Shown: positions 49,290 to 60,033, counted from the stretch's first letter. The stretch is 64,000 bases of DNA from an uncultured Candidatus Saccharibacteria bacterium (GCA_964565685.1 CAZMFR010000001.1:36376-100375); one strand, 5' to 3'. The notes: a model not told the origin generated them from the letters alone. Program-made: numbers and translations.

Positions 49290-51206
49290 ATGAACCCAAT
49301 CAACCCACCAACAACATCAACAAGAAGCCCTTCATCGTCTCGCCCAGTCTCATATACACGCGCGCCTTCGCGGCATGGCCAGCGTCCTTTTCGCCGTGGG
49401 AACAGCGCTTTTTCCTCGACAAAAAAAGACGGTCCGGCAGGAGGATTGCGTCCAAGCCATTTTTCGACCGCTGGCAAGAACAATTTTGATCCAAAAATGA
49501 AGGAAGCCGAGGTCATTCCGCCGCTTCTCCCTGATTCGATCCGCATAATTCCGCTCGGCGGTGTAGAAGAGATCGGCAAGAATTGCACCATGATAGAGGT
49601 AGGCGACGACATCGTCATCATCGACATCGGCTTTCAATTCAAAGACGAGAACACTCCGGGCATCGATTATATATTGCCGAATACAAAATACGTCGAGGAA
49701 AGAAAGGAAAAAGTGCGCGCCGTCATCGTCACCCACGGCCACCTAGACCATATCGGCGCCATACCGTTCGTCATGCCGCGGATCGGCAATCCACCGCTCT
49801 ACACCCGCCTTCTAACATCGGTCATGATAAAGAAGCGCCAGGAAGAATTCCTCCATATGCCGCCCCTCGATCTTCGCGTCATTGAAAAAGACGAGACGAT
49901 AACTGTCGGCAAATTGAAAGTGCGTTTTTTCAGCGTCACTCACACTATTCCAGACGCCATGGGCGTCATAATTGAGACTCCGTGGGGTTCTATTGTCCAC
50001 ACAGGCGACCTCAAACTGGATCATATAGACGGCGTACCGACAGAAGCCGAAGAGCAAGAATACGCCCGCGCTTTCAAAAACGAGAATGTCCTGATGCTGA
50101 TGGCCGATTCCACGAACGTTGAAAACCCCGGTTTTTCCATACCTGAGAAGCAGGTGCACAAGAACATAGAAGAGATAATAAAAAATGTCCAAGGGCGCCT
50201 GATAGTAGCCACTTTCTCTTCCCTTCTCGAACGCATTCTGAAAATAATCGAATTCGCAGAAAAATATGGCAAGAAAGTCTGTGTCGAAGGCCGATCGATG
50301 AAACAAAACATCGAGATCTGCAAACAGCTCGGTCTCCTTAAACCAAAAAAAGACACCATGATAACGAGCGAGGAAATAGATCAATTCCCGCCGGAACGGA
50401 TGATCATCTTGGCCACCGGTGCCCAAGGCGACGAATATGCCGCTATGATGCGCATGGCGAACAAGACGCATAAATATGTAAAGATCACGAAGCGCGATAC
50501 CATCCTCTTGTCTTCATCTGTCGTACCAGGCAACGAACGCGCCGTGCAGAAATTAAAAGACAACCTCTCACGTCAAGGCGCTCACATCATCCATTACAAG
50601 ATCGCTGACGTGCATTCATCCGGTCACGCAAACCGCGATGAGACGGCATGGATACACAAGAAGATCCATCCAAAATTCTTCATGCCGCTCCACGGCTACC
50701 ACTATATGTTGCGCGTGCACGGCGAGATCGCCCGTGAGGCGAACAATTTGCCAGAAGAAAGCGTCATCATCCCTGACAACGGCGCAATCCTGGAGATCCA
50801 GAGCAAGGGCGAGAAAATAGTCAGATTAAAGGAGAAGGCGGCGTCGAACATAGTCATGGTCGATGGCTTCTCTGTTGGAGACATCCAGGATGTCGTCATT
50901 CGAGACCGCCAAGCATTAGCCCAGGACGGAATATTCATCGTCTTCGCCATAATCAACAGCCAGACAGGCCGTCTACGAAAATCTCCAGACATAATCAGCC
51001 GCGGCTTTGTCTACCTGCGCGAGTCTCAAACTCTGCTCCACGAAACGCGCATCCTGATCAAAAATACAGTCGAAAAATCTACCCACGGCATGAATCCGAT
51101 CAATGTAGATTATATAAAGGAGAACATCACCGACGAAGTCAGCCGCTTCCTCTTGCAAAAGACCGCAAAACGTCCGATGGTCATCCCTGTGATACTTACA
51201 GTGTAA
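49290..51206 (+). CDS. rnj: ribonuclease J
   Basis: PLGGVEEIGKN, THGHLDHIG, HTIPD, HTGD, DSTN, HSSGH. Confidence 0.96.
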   Translation: MNPINPPTTSTRSPSSSRPVSYTRAPSRHGQRPFRRGNSAFSSTKKDGPAGGLRPSHFSTAGKNNFDPKMKEAEVIPPLLPDSIRIIPLGGVEEIGKNCTMIEVGDDIVIIDIGFQFKDENTPGIDYILPNTKYVEERKEKVRAVIVTHGHLDHIGAIPFVMPRIGNPPLYTRLLTSVMIKKRQEEFLHMPPLDLRVIEKDETITVGKLKVRFFSVTHTIPDAMGVIIETPWGSIVHTGDLKLDHIDGVPTEAEEQEYARAFKNENVLMLMADSTNVENPGFSIPEKQVHKNIEEIIKNVQGRLIVATFSSLLERILKIIEFAEKYGKKVCVEGRSMKQNIEICKQLGLLKPKKDTMITSEEIDQFPPERMIILATGAQGDEYAAMMRMANKTHKYVKITKRDTILLSSSVVPGNERAVQKLKDNLSRQGAHIIHYKIADVHSSGHANRDETAWIHKKIHPKFFMPLHGYHYMLRVHGEIAREANNLPEESVIIPDNGAILEIQSKGEKIVRLKEKAASNIVMVDGFSVGDIQDVVIRDRQALAQDGIFIVFAIINSQTGRLRKSPDIISRGFVYLRESQTLLHETRILIKNTVEKSTHGMNPINVDYIKENITDEVSRFLLQKTAKRPMVIPVILTV

Positions 51207-51224
51207 AGATAAAGAAGAAAATAG

Positions 51225-51254
51225 AAAACCGCTCGGAACATTCCGGGCGGTTTT
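51225..51254. terminator. bidirectional terminator
   Basis: AAAACCGCTCGGAA-CA-TTCCGGGCGGTTTT. Confidence 0.8.
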
Positions 51255-51274
51255 GTGAATTTTCGAGAGTCAAG

Positions 51275-51757
51275 TCAATGGAGCAGATGTGGCTCTAGTG
51301 GTTCTTTTACGGCACTCCATGAATTGCTACGGTTGAGCAAGTAGAATTGACCGTTCCTATCGAGCGTCAAATGATCGATATATGACGGATTGTCTTTTAA
51401 ATGCCCATGCACGCTCCAATCAGAAATCTTCCCCTTGCCCTTTCGTGCTTCGAGCTCCCGATCAAGCCGAGCAAGAGGACCCATATTGCCGATCTCTGTG
51501 AGATCGATCTCGAGGACATAATTGGGCAAAAGAGCGTTCGCTCGGCATGAGAGCAAGCTGCCGTCTTCGGTGAGGACAAAATCCTTGCTCTCGATATGAT
51601 TGCTTGCATTCGAGACCGCGTTGCCGAGAGTGGTCAGAATATTTTTGACGCCAAGCTTGCCGGAAGCATTCAATAGACCGAAGAGTTCTTGCTCATCCAC
51701 AACTACCTCGAATCTCCAATTCTCGATCGGATGTTTCGGATCGATCTCGTTGCTCAT
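51275..51757 (-). CDS. hypothetical protein
   Basis: 160-aa ORF with AAGGA upstream. Confidence 0.65.
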   Translation of the reverse strand: MSNEIDPKHPIENWRFEVVVDEQELFGLLNASGKLGVKNILTTLGNAVSNASNHIESKDFVLTEDGSLLSCRANALLPNYVLEIDLTEIGNMGPLARLDRELEARKGKGKISDWSVHGHLKDNPSYIDHLTLDRNGQFYLLNRSNSWSAVKEPLEPHLLH

Positions 51758-51967
51758 AGTATTCCTTTTTGTTGAACGTTGAACTGGGAGAGACTATACA
51801 TTAAAAAATGATATTTTACGAGAAAACATCGGTACAAGGTAGCACCTTGTACAAAATCCTTGCTATAATAGACAGCACAAGAAACATGACAAGACCCACG
51901 CTTTCGCGTGAATAACGAACGATTATTAGGTTTTTCATTTCGATTTTTGCATTTTCAATCTACTATC

Positions 51968-53194
51968 ATGCGCCACATAGAGCCAATCGCCAGATTCAAG
52001 AAGATCATTTACACCATAGGATTGATCAATTTCCTGTTTACTTTTCATTTGGCCGTCACGGCCTATATCGATTCTTCATATCTTAGCTTGTTCGCCAGCC
52101 AGAGATTCGTCGGCGGGATATATATGGCGGCGGCCGGAGTGACCGTGCTGGCATTCTTCCTGATATATCGCGTCTTGAAAAGATTCGGCGACTACGCCAC
52201 CTCCATCGGATTGCTGACCTTGGACGCGCTATCGATGATAGGCATCATTTGGGGACAATATCCGGTCGTCATCGAGATCTCGTTCATCATCAATATGGCG
52301 ATCCTGGCCTTGGTCAGTTTCACCTATGATGTCTTCCTGGAGACATACACCGACGTGGCTCATACGGGCGGCGTGCGAGGATTCTTTCTAGCTCTGACAA
52401 ACAGCGCCTGGATACTTTCGCCGCTTGTAGCCGGAATGCTAGTAATAGGCCATGTATATACGAATGTGTACATCGTAGCTCTTGCCATGCTCGTGCCGGT
52501 CTTTTATCTTGCCCACAAAAACCTCCGTCATTTCCATGACTCTCATTATGAATCGCCTTCTGCATGGGCGACTATACGCGAAGTGGCGGATTTGCCCGAT
52601 ATATGGAAACTCTGCATCATCAACACCGTTCTCCAGACTTTTTATTGCTGGATGGTCATCTATCTGCCGCTGTATCTGGCGAATACTATAGGATTCGATT
52701 GGTCGTCCATAGGCATCATCCTGACCATCATGCTCTTGCCGTTCATTCTGATCCAAGCGCCATTCGGCAGGATCGCCGATCAGGGCTGGGGTGAAAAACG
52801 CCTGATGATCATCGGATTTTTCATCATGGGCGCGGCCACGATCGCCCTCTGTTTTATCCATGTTCCTTCGATGATAATATGGGCAGGAGCGCTGTTTGCC
52901 ACGCGTTGCGGTGCAGCGCTTGCTGAAGTGATGATCGAGACTTATTTCTTTAAAAAAGTAAAGCCGCAAGATTCGAACGTTCTATCGCTCTTTCGCACCA
53001 CTCGCCAAATTCCATATTTTATCGCTCCGATCATAACCGTCGTCGGTCTCATATTCACCAGTTCGGCTGGTCTATTTATCGTTCTCGGTTCCATCTGTCT
53101 CGTGACGATTTTTTTGATCGCTTTTATAAAAGACACGGATAGACACGCAAAAGCCAATGATGGAGTCGTAATGACGATCGGAAAATTCACTTGA
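51968..53194 (+). CDS. MFS transporter
   Basis: about 12 TMs, PFGRIADQGWGEK loop motif. Confidence 0.88.
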   Translation: MRHIEPIARFKKIIYTIGLINFLFTFHLAVTAYIDSSYLSLFASQRFVGGIYMAAAGVTVLAFFLIYRVLKRFGDYATSIGLLTLDALSMIGIIWGQYPVVIEISFIINMAILALVSFTYDVFLETYTDVAHTGGVRGFFLALTNSAWILSPLVAGMLVIGHVYTNVYIVALAMLVPVFYLAHKNLRHFHDSHYESPSAWATIREVADLPDIWKLCIINTVLQTFYCWMVIYLPLYLANTIGFDWSSIGIILTIMLLPFILIQAPFGRIADQGWGEKRLMIIGFFIMGAATIALCFIHVPSMIIWAGALFATRCGAALAEVMIETYFFKKVKPQDSNVLSLFRTTRQIPYFIAPIITVVGLIFTSSAGLFIVLGSICLVTIFLIAFIKDTDRHAKANDGVVMTIGKFT

Positions 53195-53257
53195 TCGGCT
53201 CATCCGAACGCTACGCGAGCAGATCATTTCAATGTCAATCGTTTATTACTTTTATGA

Positions 53258-54583
53258 TCATCTTCCTACGGCACCCTCCCCTTTCTTCCAATCTTTGACT
53301 GCAGTCCAAATCAATCCGCCATACCGCACGCACAGTATCATAGCGGTCGTCCAGAATATGCCGAGCGAGTAGCCGGCGAGAATATCGGAAAGCCAATGGA
53401 CGCCCAAAACAAGGCGGCTTCCTCCGACGGCAAGAGCAAGGATAAGCAGGGCCACGATGAGGAACCAGCGCCATGATTTTGAAGGCATTTTTGGAGAGAA
53501 AAAATATACCGTCAGAACGAGCGCGCCCGCGATAGCCGTAGCGTGACCTGACGGAAAGCTGAAATCGGAAAGGCGGACGAGAGCGTCAAACGGACGGGGA
53601 CTGGCTATGACGTTCTTGAAAAACTCAGTCAAAAAATATCCGCCGATGGTAGAAGACAGGACTATGTAGAAATGCCTCCAACGTTCCTTTATGAAAAAAT
53701 AAACCGACAAGCAGATAGCCGCTACAAACAAAACGACAGGACCGAGCACGACGCCGATACAGTTCGCCATCGGCACGAGCCATACCGATGCATGGGCGAT
53801 GTTTCCAAACCATATATTCACGGCTACATCAGGATTCAACATAAAATGATGCCATCCGGATATTCCTTGGAGCATGGAAGCAAAACCGGACAGGGCTAAA
53901 ATGTTCAAGCCCAGGGCAAAAATCTCATACTTGGCAAAGATATGGAATTGTCGGCTGATAAAACGATATGCTATGGCTATGAGCACGGCTATGACCAGAG
54001 CGATGACGATTATGCGGCCGAAATATACCGAAGCCAGAGAATAGCTCGCTCCAAAAATATATCCGACGACAGCCGCCAGCGCCGTCCAGCATACGTTGGC
54101 AAAGACATCGATGAGGAAGAATCTGACAAAGGAAACCTTGCTAGATCCGACAACGAACGGAACCAGAGATCGCGTAAAAGGATTGAATTTGCCTATAAAA
54201 ACCGCTTTTGAAAGATGCCCGGAGACCAAGTTCCTCGTCTTTTCGATGGATTCATCCTTGATGGAAAAGATCTTGCCGAGACGCAAGAGAAAGGCATAGC
54301 CGTATCTCTTGCCAAAAAGATATCCTACGATATCGCCTAGTATCATGCCGCCTATAGCAGTCAATATGACCGAGCTGAAATCCAAAGCGCCGATCTTTGC
54401 CAGAAAAAACGCAAAGATGACGATCGTATGGCTAGGAGAAAGGAGACCGATCGGTGGTATGCCTTCGATAAAAGTGACGAGAAAAACTATCAATGGACCG
54501 CCAGCCCCAAGCCACGATTCTATCCAGGGCTGGAGCTGGTAGATATGAGAGATGTGAGGCAGGAATAAGTGGAGATGATGCAT
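53258..54583 (-). CDS. DedA/VTT-PAP2 phosphatase fusion
   Basis: DedA GDIVGYLFG; PAP2 K..PRP, SFPSGH, SRLVLGVHWLSD. Confidence 0.92.
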   Translation of the reverse strand: MHHLHLFLPHISHIYQLQPWIESWLGAGGPLIVFLVTFIEGIPPIGLLSPSHTIVIFAFFLAKIGALDFSSVILTAIGGMILGDIVGYLFGKRYGYAFLLRLGKIFSIKDESIEKTRNLVSGHLSKAVFIGKFNPFTRSLVPFVVGSSKVSFVRFFLIDVFANVCWTALAAVVGYIFGASYSLASVYFGRIIVIALVIAVLIAIAYRFISRQFHIFAKYEIFALGLNILALSGFASMLQGISGWHHFMLNPDVAVNIWFGNIAHASVWLVPMANCIGVVLGPVVLFVAAICLSVYFFIKERWRHFYIVLSSTIGGYFLTEFFKNVIASPRPFDALVRLSDFSFPSGHATAIAGALVLTVYFFSPKMPSKSWRWFLIVALLILALAVGGSRLVLGVHWLSDILAGYSLGIFWTTAMILCVRYGGLIWTAVKDWKKGEGAVGR

Positions 54584-54793
54584 GGGGAAAATGCTAATGC
54601 TAAGTCAGTGTGGATAATTCTAGCATAAAAAACCACGGGATGTTGTATAATATATGTGCTTTTTTATTAGCGATTTTTTGAATCAAAGTTCCCGCCTTTG
54701 GCCTTGCCTCGCGCTTCCATAATGTGTTTCGTCTTGAGCTTCGTCCTAGGTCTCGTCTTGGATGGGTTTTAATAATTTAAAAAATCTATTTTT

Positions 54794-55468
54794 ATGAAGA
54801 TATTATTCGTTGACGACGATGCGGATCTGCGCGAGGTTATGAGAGACAATCTCGAAGCGGAATCTTATACCGTAGATGTCGCTCCAGACGGCAAAAATGG
54901 CTCATACATGGCTAGGACCAATCATTATGATCTGGTCATTTTGGATTATTCCATGCCAGAAAAGAACGGCGCCGTCGTCGCTAAAGAAATCCGCGGGGCT
55001 GGTCTGGCCACGCCGATAATATTCCTCTCTATCATTGATGATGCGGAAAAGAAAGTGGCCGTTTTAGAGAGCGGCGCTGACGATTATATGGAAAAGCCGT
55101 TCGCTTATGCCGAGCTCTCGGCCAGAGTAAAGGCGATTCTGCGCCGGCCGCCGGAGGTAAAACAGAATATAATCGCAGTAGGCGGCATCGTCATCGATCT
55201 ATCCAGACAAACTGTCACGCTCGATAGCACTGCTCTGTATCTGACATGTAAAGAATTCAATCTCCTGCGATACCTCGTGAGCAACAAAAACCTGGTTCTA
55301 TCGCGAAGCATGATCATGGATCATGTTTGGAACGCGAATAGCGACCCTTTTTCAAACACGATCGAGGCCCATATCACCAATTTGCGTAAAAAGCTCCACA
55401 ACGGCAATCGCGAATATATAATCAATGTGCCAGGACGCGGCTATATGATCACTGATGGCAACCGGTGA
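54794..55468 (+). CDS. OmpR/PhoB-family response regulator
   Basis: ILFVDDD, VILDYSMP, GADDYMEKPF, winged helix LTCKEF..IEAHITNLRKK..RGY. Confidence 0.95.
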   Translation: MKILFVDDDADLREVMRDNLEAESYTVDVAPDGKNGSYMARTNHYDLVILDYSMPEKNGAVVAKEIRGAGLATPIIFLSIIDDAEKKVAVLESGADDYMEKPFAYAELSARVKAILRRPPEVKQNIIAVGGIVIDLSRQTVTLDSTALYLTCKEFNLLRYLVSNKNLVLSRSMIMDHVWNANSDPFSNTIEAHITNLRKKLHNGNREYIINVPGRGYMITDGNR

Positions 55469-55578
55469 TAGACGCTCTTTCCATGCTGAATTTTGCCAAC
55501 TCTAATAAAGATTGCATCGGTAAAATAGTCCTAAATATAGCGGTTATACAGCTCTATTCTTGTATGGCCTGCCTGTGC

Positions 55579-55619
55579 ATAACTATTTTAACTTTTCTTA
55601 ATACCAAAAGAGCTATGCT
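55579..55619 (+). promoter_or_regulatory. half copy of direct-repeat box plus -10 upstream of histidine kinase
   Basis: ATAACTATTTTAACTTTTCTTAATAC matches the pilB box at 25/26; TATGCT 9 nt downstream. Confidence 0.6.
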
Positions 55620-55642
55620 TGTGTGCGATCTATATCGACACG

Positions 55643-57100
55643 ATGAAATCTAAAATAGATATTTTTAAAGCAAGAACGATAACGGCTTTGGCAAAAGTCC
55701 GCGCAGTTTTTATATCAATTCAAAGAAAGCGCGACAACGAGCGAGAAATGGAAACGATCCTCAATGCCATAATCTTACCGACTATAGGTTTTTTGACCAT
55801 GTTATTTTTAGTCGTTCTATATAACACCCTTGGTCTCAAGGACAATTACGATTGCGCGCATACCGCATGCTTTGCATCGATCATCGCTGTATTTATCCTG
55901 CTATTTATCATGTCGCGGCGCGGATATATACGCTTGTCAGCTTGCGGCGTGATAGTTTTATTCTTTTGTGGGTCTTTTTATTGCGGATACCGTTGGGGAG
56001 CCAGCTTGCCGGAAACGGTTTTGTGTTTCGCTCTGACTATGGGCGTTACCAATCTTCTATTCGGCATAAGAACAAGCATTGCAATCATGGTCGCTTCTTT
56101 TGCAGCTATATTCTATCTGAGTAGCCACGAAATGAATCATCCAGAGATACTCTCTTGGCAAAATGGGAACTTGGATCTAACAGATTTCATCGCATTCTTT
56201 GGCATCATAGTCTTCATGTTCGGCCTATCATGGATATCGCGCTGGAAGATGGCAAAATCTTTGGCGAGAGCAGAGACCTCAGAAAAAGAACTCGAGCGAG
56301 AAAGGAATGCCCTTGAAATTCGTGTAGCCGAGAGAACCGCAGAGCTGAAACAATCCCAAGAAAAGCACATCAGCGAGCTGGCTTCCATCGCCGAATTCGG
56401 CCAATTGTCGCAGGGATTATTCCATGACCTCATCTCGCCGATCCAATCGATGCTATCGTATATAGAAAAACTTAGTACACTGCCAGGAGAAAAGGAGATC
56501 CGAGAAAGCAATGAATCTCTGCAAAAGATGTGTCTGGCGATAAAGAGATTCAATTGTTATCTCTCTTCCCTGCGGACGTCCATAGGATGCCCTATGACCG
56601 AGAAGAATTGCTCGTTCGAAGGAGAATTGGATAATGCATTCAATCTATTGGCTTTTAATGCCCGAACTTGCTCTGTTTCTTGCAACAGACCGGGGAAAGA
56701 GATCGGGTGCATTCCTTTTGAGCCGGCAGACATCCACTATGTCCTCTTCAATCTAGTCTCGAATGCTATAGATTCATATGAGAATATTCACGATGATAGG
56801 ACGAGGATCGTATACATAAATGCTGAAATAAAAAAAGGAACAGATAAAATGACAGAAGAAAGCTTGTCTATAACGATATGCGACAATGGCATCGGCATTC
56901 CGCCGGAAAATCTGCCGCATATATTCGACCAGTTCTTCACCACAAAGAAACCCTGTCGAGGCATCGGCATCGGCTTGTCGACAGTCAAATATATCGTCAC
57001 CAAGCTCGATGGGACTATTTCCGTTGAAAGCGAGGTCAATATAGGAACAAAATTCAGGGTGATATTACCCTTGATACATAGACAAGTGAGACAAGGGTAG
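55643..57100 (+). CDS. membrane sensor histidine kinase
   Basis: TMs, RVAERTAEL coiled coil, FHDLISP, NLVSNAID, DNGIGI, FFTTK, GIGL. Confidence 0.92.
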   Translation: MKSKIDIFKARTITALAKVRAVFISIQRKRDNEREMETILNAIILPTIGFLTMLFLVVLYNTLGLKDNYDCAHTACFASIIAVFILLFIMSRRGYIRLSACGVIVLFFCGSFYCGYRWGASLPETVLCFALTMGVTNLLFGIRTSIAIMVASFAAIFYLSSHEMNHPEILSWQNGNLDLTDFIAFFGIIVFMFGLSWISRWKMAKSLARAETSEKELERERNALEIRVAERTAELKQSQEKHISELASIAEFGQLSQGLFHDLISPIQSMLSYIEKLSTLPGEKEIRESNESLQKMCLAIKRFNCYLSSLRTSIGCPMTEKNCSFEGELDNAFNLLAFNARTCSVSCNRPGKEIGCIPFEPADIHYVLFNLVSNAIDSYENIHDDRTRIVYINAEIKKGTDKMTEESLSITICDNGIGIPPENLPHIFDQFFTTKKPCRGIGIGLSTVKYIVTKLDGTISVESEVNIGTKFRVILPLIHRQVRQG

Positions 57101-57102
57101 GA

Positions 57103-57822
57103 TCATCCGTTTATATTTTCTACCGTCACTTTTTCCATAGTTACAGGCGTAAGCGGCTTGTCGTTTGAGTCGACCGGTACGGCTGCGATTGCGTCGACTA
57201 CATCTTGCCCGGAAATGACTTTGCCAAATATAGTGTAGAGATGTGGCAGAGGATTGTTCGCTTGCATTATGAAGAATTGCGAGCCATTGGTATTTGGACC
57301 AGAATTAGCCATGGCGACAGTGCCAGGCACATAGCCGGCCTCATACGAAGGCGTAGCCGGGTTCAATTCGTCGGCAAAAGCATATCCCGGACCTCCCCTG
57401 CCGGTGCCGGTAGGATCGCCGCCTTGGATCATGAATCCCTCGATGACGCGATGGAAGATGAGACCATTGTAAAAGCCCTTGTTCGCCAATGTGATGAAGT
57501 TGTTGACGGTATTCGGCGCATCAGCATCATATGTTTCAAAGATGATGGTGCCCATATTCGTTTGGATGGTTATTTTATGCATGAAGTTTTGTACAGCTGT
57601 CGTGCTCGCTACAGAAGATGTCGTAGAAGCGGACGAAACTGTCGTCGTTGATACTGAAGCTGATAATAATCCTACGGCATCGCTCGAAGTCGCGGTTGCG
57701 CTCGACGATGATGTTGACCCTGAACTGGCGCCCGCCCACCAAATGATGCCGCCGATGATGGCGAGGATTATGATACCCGAAATGACATATACAGTTGTTC
57801 CGACCGATGTGTCCCCTTTCAT
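57103..57822 (-). CDS. membrane-anchored cyclophilin PPIase
   Basis: FHRVIEGFMIQGGDP, AMANSGPNTNGSQFFI. Confidence 0.95.
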   Translation of the reverse strand: MKGDTSVGTTVYVISGIIILAIIGGIIWWAGASSGSTSSSSATATSSDAVGLLSASVSTTTVSSASTTSSVASTTAVQNFMHKITIQTNMGTIIFETYDADAPNTVNNFITLANKGFYNGLIFHRVIEGFMIQGGDPTGTGRGGPGYAFADELNPATPSYEAGYVPGTVAMANSGPNTNGSQFFIMQANNPLPHLYTIFGKVISGQDVVDAIAAVPVDSNDKPLTPVTMEKVTVENING

Positions 57823-57857
57823 TGTTTTTCTTGAAAAAATTAAGCTTGCTAAGTCGT

Positions 57858-58868
57858 CTAGAGATTATATATTTCCTTTGCCGTTTTCACAATCTTTTCA
57901 ATTGCCTCTGGAAGTGGCATAGTGAGCGTCGCCCCAGCTGCCGCCCTGTGCCCGCCGCCGCCGAGAGCCACTGCAAGTTTTGATAAATCGTATTTTTCTG
58001 CATCGCGAGTCGAAAAGCTGATTTTTACATTATCATCTTTGTTCTCTATGCAACAGGCGCAGACTTCCCAACCCACAACAGACTTCAATAGATTGACCGC
58101 CCAGCGTGTTCCGCTATCAAGATCGATGATTCCATTTTTCTTCAAATCTTCGCTCGAAACCGATGCAATGGCCATAGATCCGTTTAAAAATGTCTTGATG
58201 TTCGAAAGAACAAGCCCCAAGGAAATCAGTTCTTCCGGTTTTCTGCAGTTTTCCATCGTCGCGATGAGCTTTGGAAAAGTAGGATATGATTTTGCAAGCT
58301 CACTGGCGACGAACAAGACATTGGGGGTCACGCTTTCGTATCTAAAGCCACCAGTATCAGTATAAGCACCGATGAATAAATCTCCAGCCATATCAGACGT
58401 AATTTTGATTTTCCAAACTTTGAAAAGCTCAAAAAGTATAAGGGCTGTCGCTGGATAGCTTGAATCTACGAGATTAACAGCCGTTCCAAAGCTGGCATTG
58501 CTTATGTGATGGTCGATAACTATTGTCGGCAATGAAGCGGGGATATTCATTTTTCCCAAATGTGACACCCTATCCAAACTGCCTGTATCTTGAATTATGA
58601 ATAGATCAAACTCCTCCAGATCGACTTCGAAAAAATTCTTCGGCACGATCGAGTCTGCGCCGGGAAAATGCATGAAGGCCTGCGGGATCTCGCTGTCGCC
58701 GCGGATGACAGTGGCTTTCTTGCCCATTTGTTCGATGGCGAACTTCATAGCCAGGGCCGAGCCGACAGAATCAGGGTCAGGAGAAGGATGACAATGCAAA
58801 AGAACGCTTTTTGAGCCCTTGATCGCCTTGAGGATTTTTGGTGCGGCTTCTTTGACAATTCTGGTCAT
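57858..58868 (-). CDS. DHH-family phosphoesterase (NrnA-like)
   Basis: HPSPDPDSVGS, IDHH, TDTGGF, GGGGH. Confidence 0.92.
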   Translation of the reverse strand: MTRIVKEAAPKILKAIKGSKSVLLHCHPSPDPDSVGSALAMKFAIEQMGKKATVIRGDSEIPQAFMHFPGADSIVPKNFFEVDLEEFDLFIIQDTGSLDRVSHLGKMNIPASLPTIVIDHHISNASFGTAVNLVDSSYPATALILFELFKVWKIKITSDMAGDLFIGAYTDTGGFRYESVTPNVLFVASELAKSYPTFPKLIATMENCRKPEELISLGLVLSNIKTFLNGSMAIASVSSEDLKKNGIIDLDSGTRWAVNLLKSVVGWEVCACCIENKDDNVKISFSTRDAEKYDLSKLAVALGGGGHRAAAGATLTMPLPEAIEKIVKTAKEIYNL

Positions 58869-58959
58869 GGAGATATTAAAGCACAATATCGCAAGTTTTA
58901 GTACAAGGGCTACCCTTGGACAATAAAAACGCGGCTTCAATGGAAACCGCGTCGTGAAC

Positions 58960-59847
58960 TTAAAAGCGCTTGCTGAAAGAGAACCTCCACAAAGCACTGC
59001 CGTCGAACACATAGCCGAACGACAACGACTCGTCGAGTGCGAATATCCTGTCTATGCTCGCCGATGCCCTCGAATCAGATCTCGATCCGTTCAGATGTAT
59101 AGGATCTATAGAGAAGCCGCCGACGATCTGCCATGAAGAGGTCAAGGGGATTATCGTTTCCTCCTCGACGAGCATCGAATCCGATGGAACATAGCGCAAA
59201 CGAATGTCCTCGAACAATATCGGCTTGCCGGAATGGTTTTTCCAGACCGAACTCTGATAGAGATACGGCCGTTCGTCTAGAAAATGCGGAGCGAATAGCA
59301 TGCTCTCATCCTCTCGTCTCGTTTGCCACCATGATATCTGCGAAGCGGTGGCCATAGGCGATATGGGATCCAGCTGTTCTTCGGCCGTATTTCCGACAGT
59401 GCCCGCAAACAGCCATGCGAACCAACCTTCCAATCCATCCCAGTTACGCCATTTTTCCACTACCTCCGAATGCGCTGCCATCTCGCGACCAGCGTTCAAA
59501 AACGAGCGTCTTATGACAGATTCTCCTTCATTGTTCCATTCGGATATGACTGAATATCCGTTATATTCGCCCCTTAATATCCAGTCCGGGTCCGACGACC
59601 AGCCGACACTGTCAAAGGCGGATACCGAGCCGGATTTTTGGATATATTCGAGATAAGTATCAGACAGACTGCCAGCCGTCTTTTGCCGCCCCAGTTCAAG
59701 ATCGAAGACCGGAGATGCAGACACTGTGGTGTTGGTATCTTGTTTGCCTGGTTGTGCCAAACAGACATTATTAGTGGGCTCTTCTCCATAAAGAGGAGAG
59801 CATGCGACCAGAGCAACGACGACACAAGCTTCTTTTTGTAGATCCAT
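58960..59847 (-). CDS. secreted hypothetical protein with beta-barrel-like C-terminus
   Basis: signal peptide; amphipathic strands; terminal WRFSFSKRF. Confidence 0.6.
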   Translation of the reverse strand: MDLQKEACVVVALVACSPLYGEEPTNNVCLAQPGKQDTNTTVSASPVFDLELGRQKTAGSLSDTYLEYIQKSGSVSAFDSVGWSSDPDWILRGEYNGYSVISEWNNEGESVIRRSFLNAGREMAAHSEVVEKWRNWDGLEGWFAWLFAGTVGNTAEEQLDPISPMATASQISWWQTRREDESMLFAPHFLDERPYLYQSSVWKNHSGKPILFEDIRLRYVPSDSMLVEEETIIPLTSSWQIVGGFSIDPIHLNGSRSDSRASASIDRIFALDESLSFGYVFDGSALWRFSFSKRF

Positions 59848-60033
59848 AAGGCATCATATCCTTTCTCGTCTTTATTTGGTTTTTTCTAATGTAATGTGCT
59901 TTAAAAACTCTGGCAATGATACTCCTACTGCGGTTTTACACAAGTAACAGTCCAAGGGCTACCCTTGGACTATTGTAAGAAAAAACCCGCGACCTATAGA
60001 AGCGCGGGCTTTCCTCATAATTTGAATTCGAAC

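Noticed and set aside
23361-50471. Long antisense ORFs (e.g. 23361-24008, 26705-27313, 38137-38748, 49812-50471)
   Set aside because: They lie opposite well-supported genes and lack motifs; codon-bias shadows
54729-54762. Three TCGTC(T/C)T repeats at 12-bp period upstream of the response regulator
   Set aside because: Single occurrence, short and degenerate; may be chance
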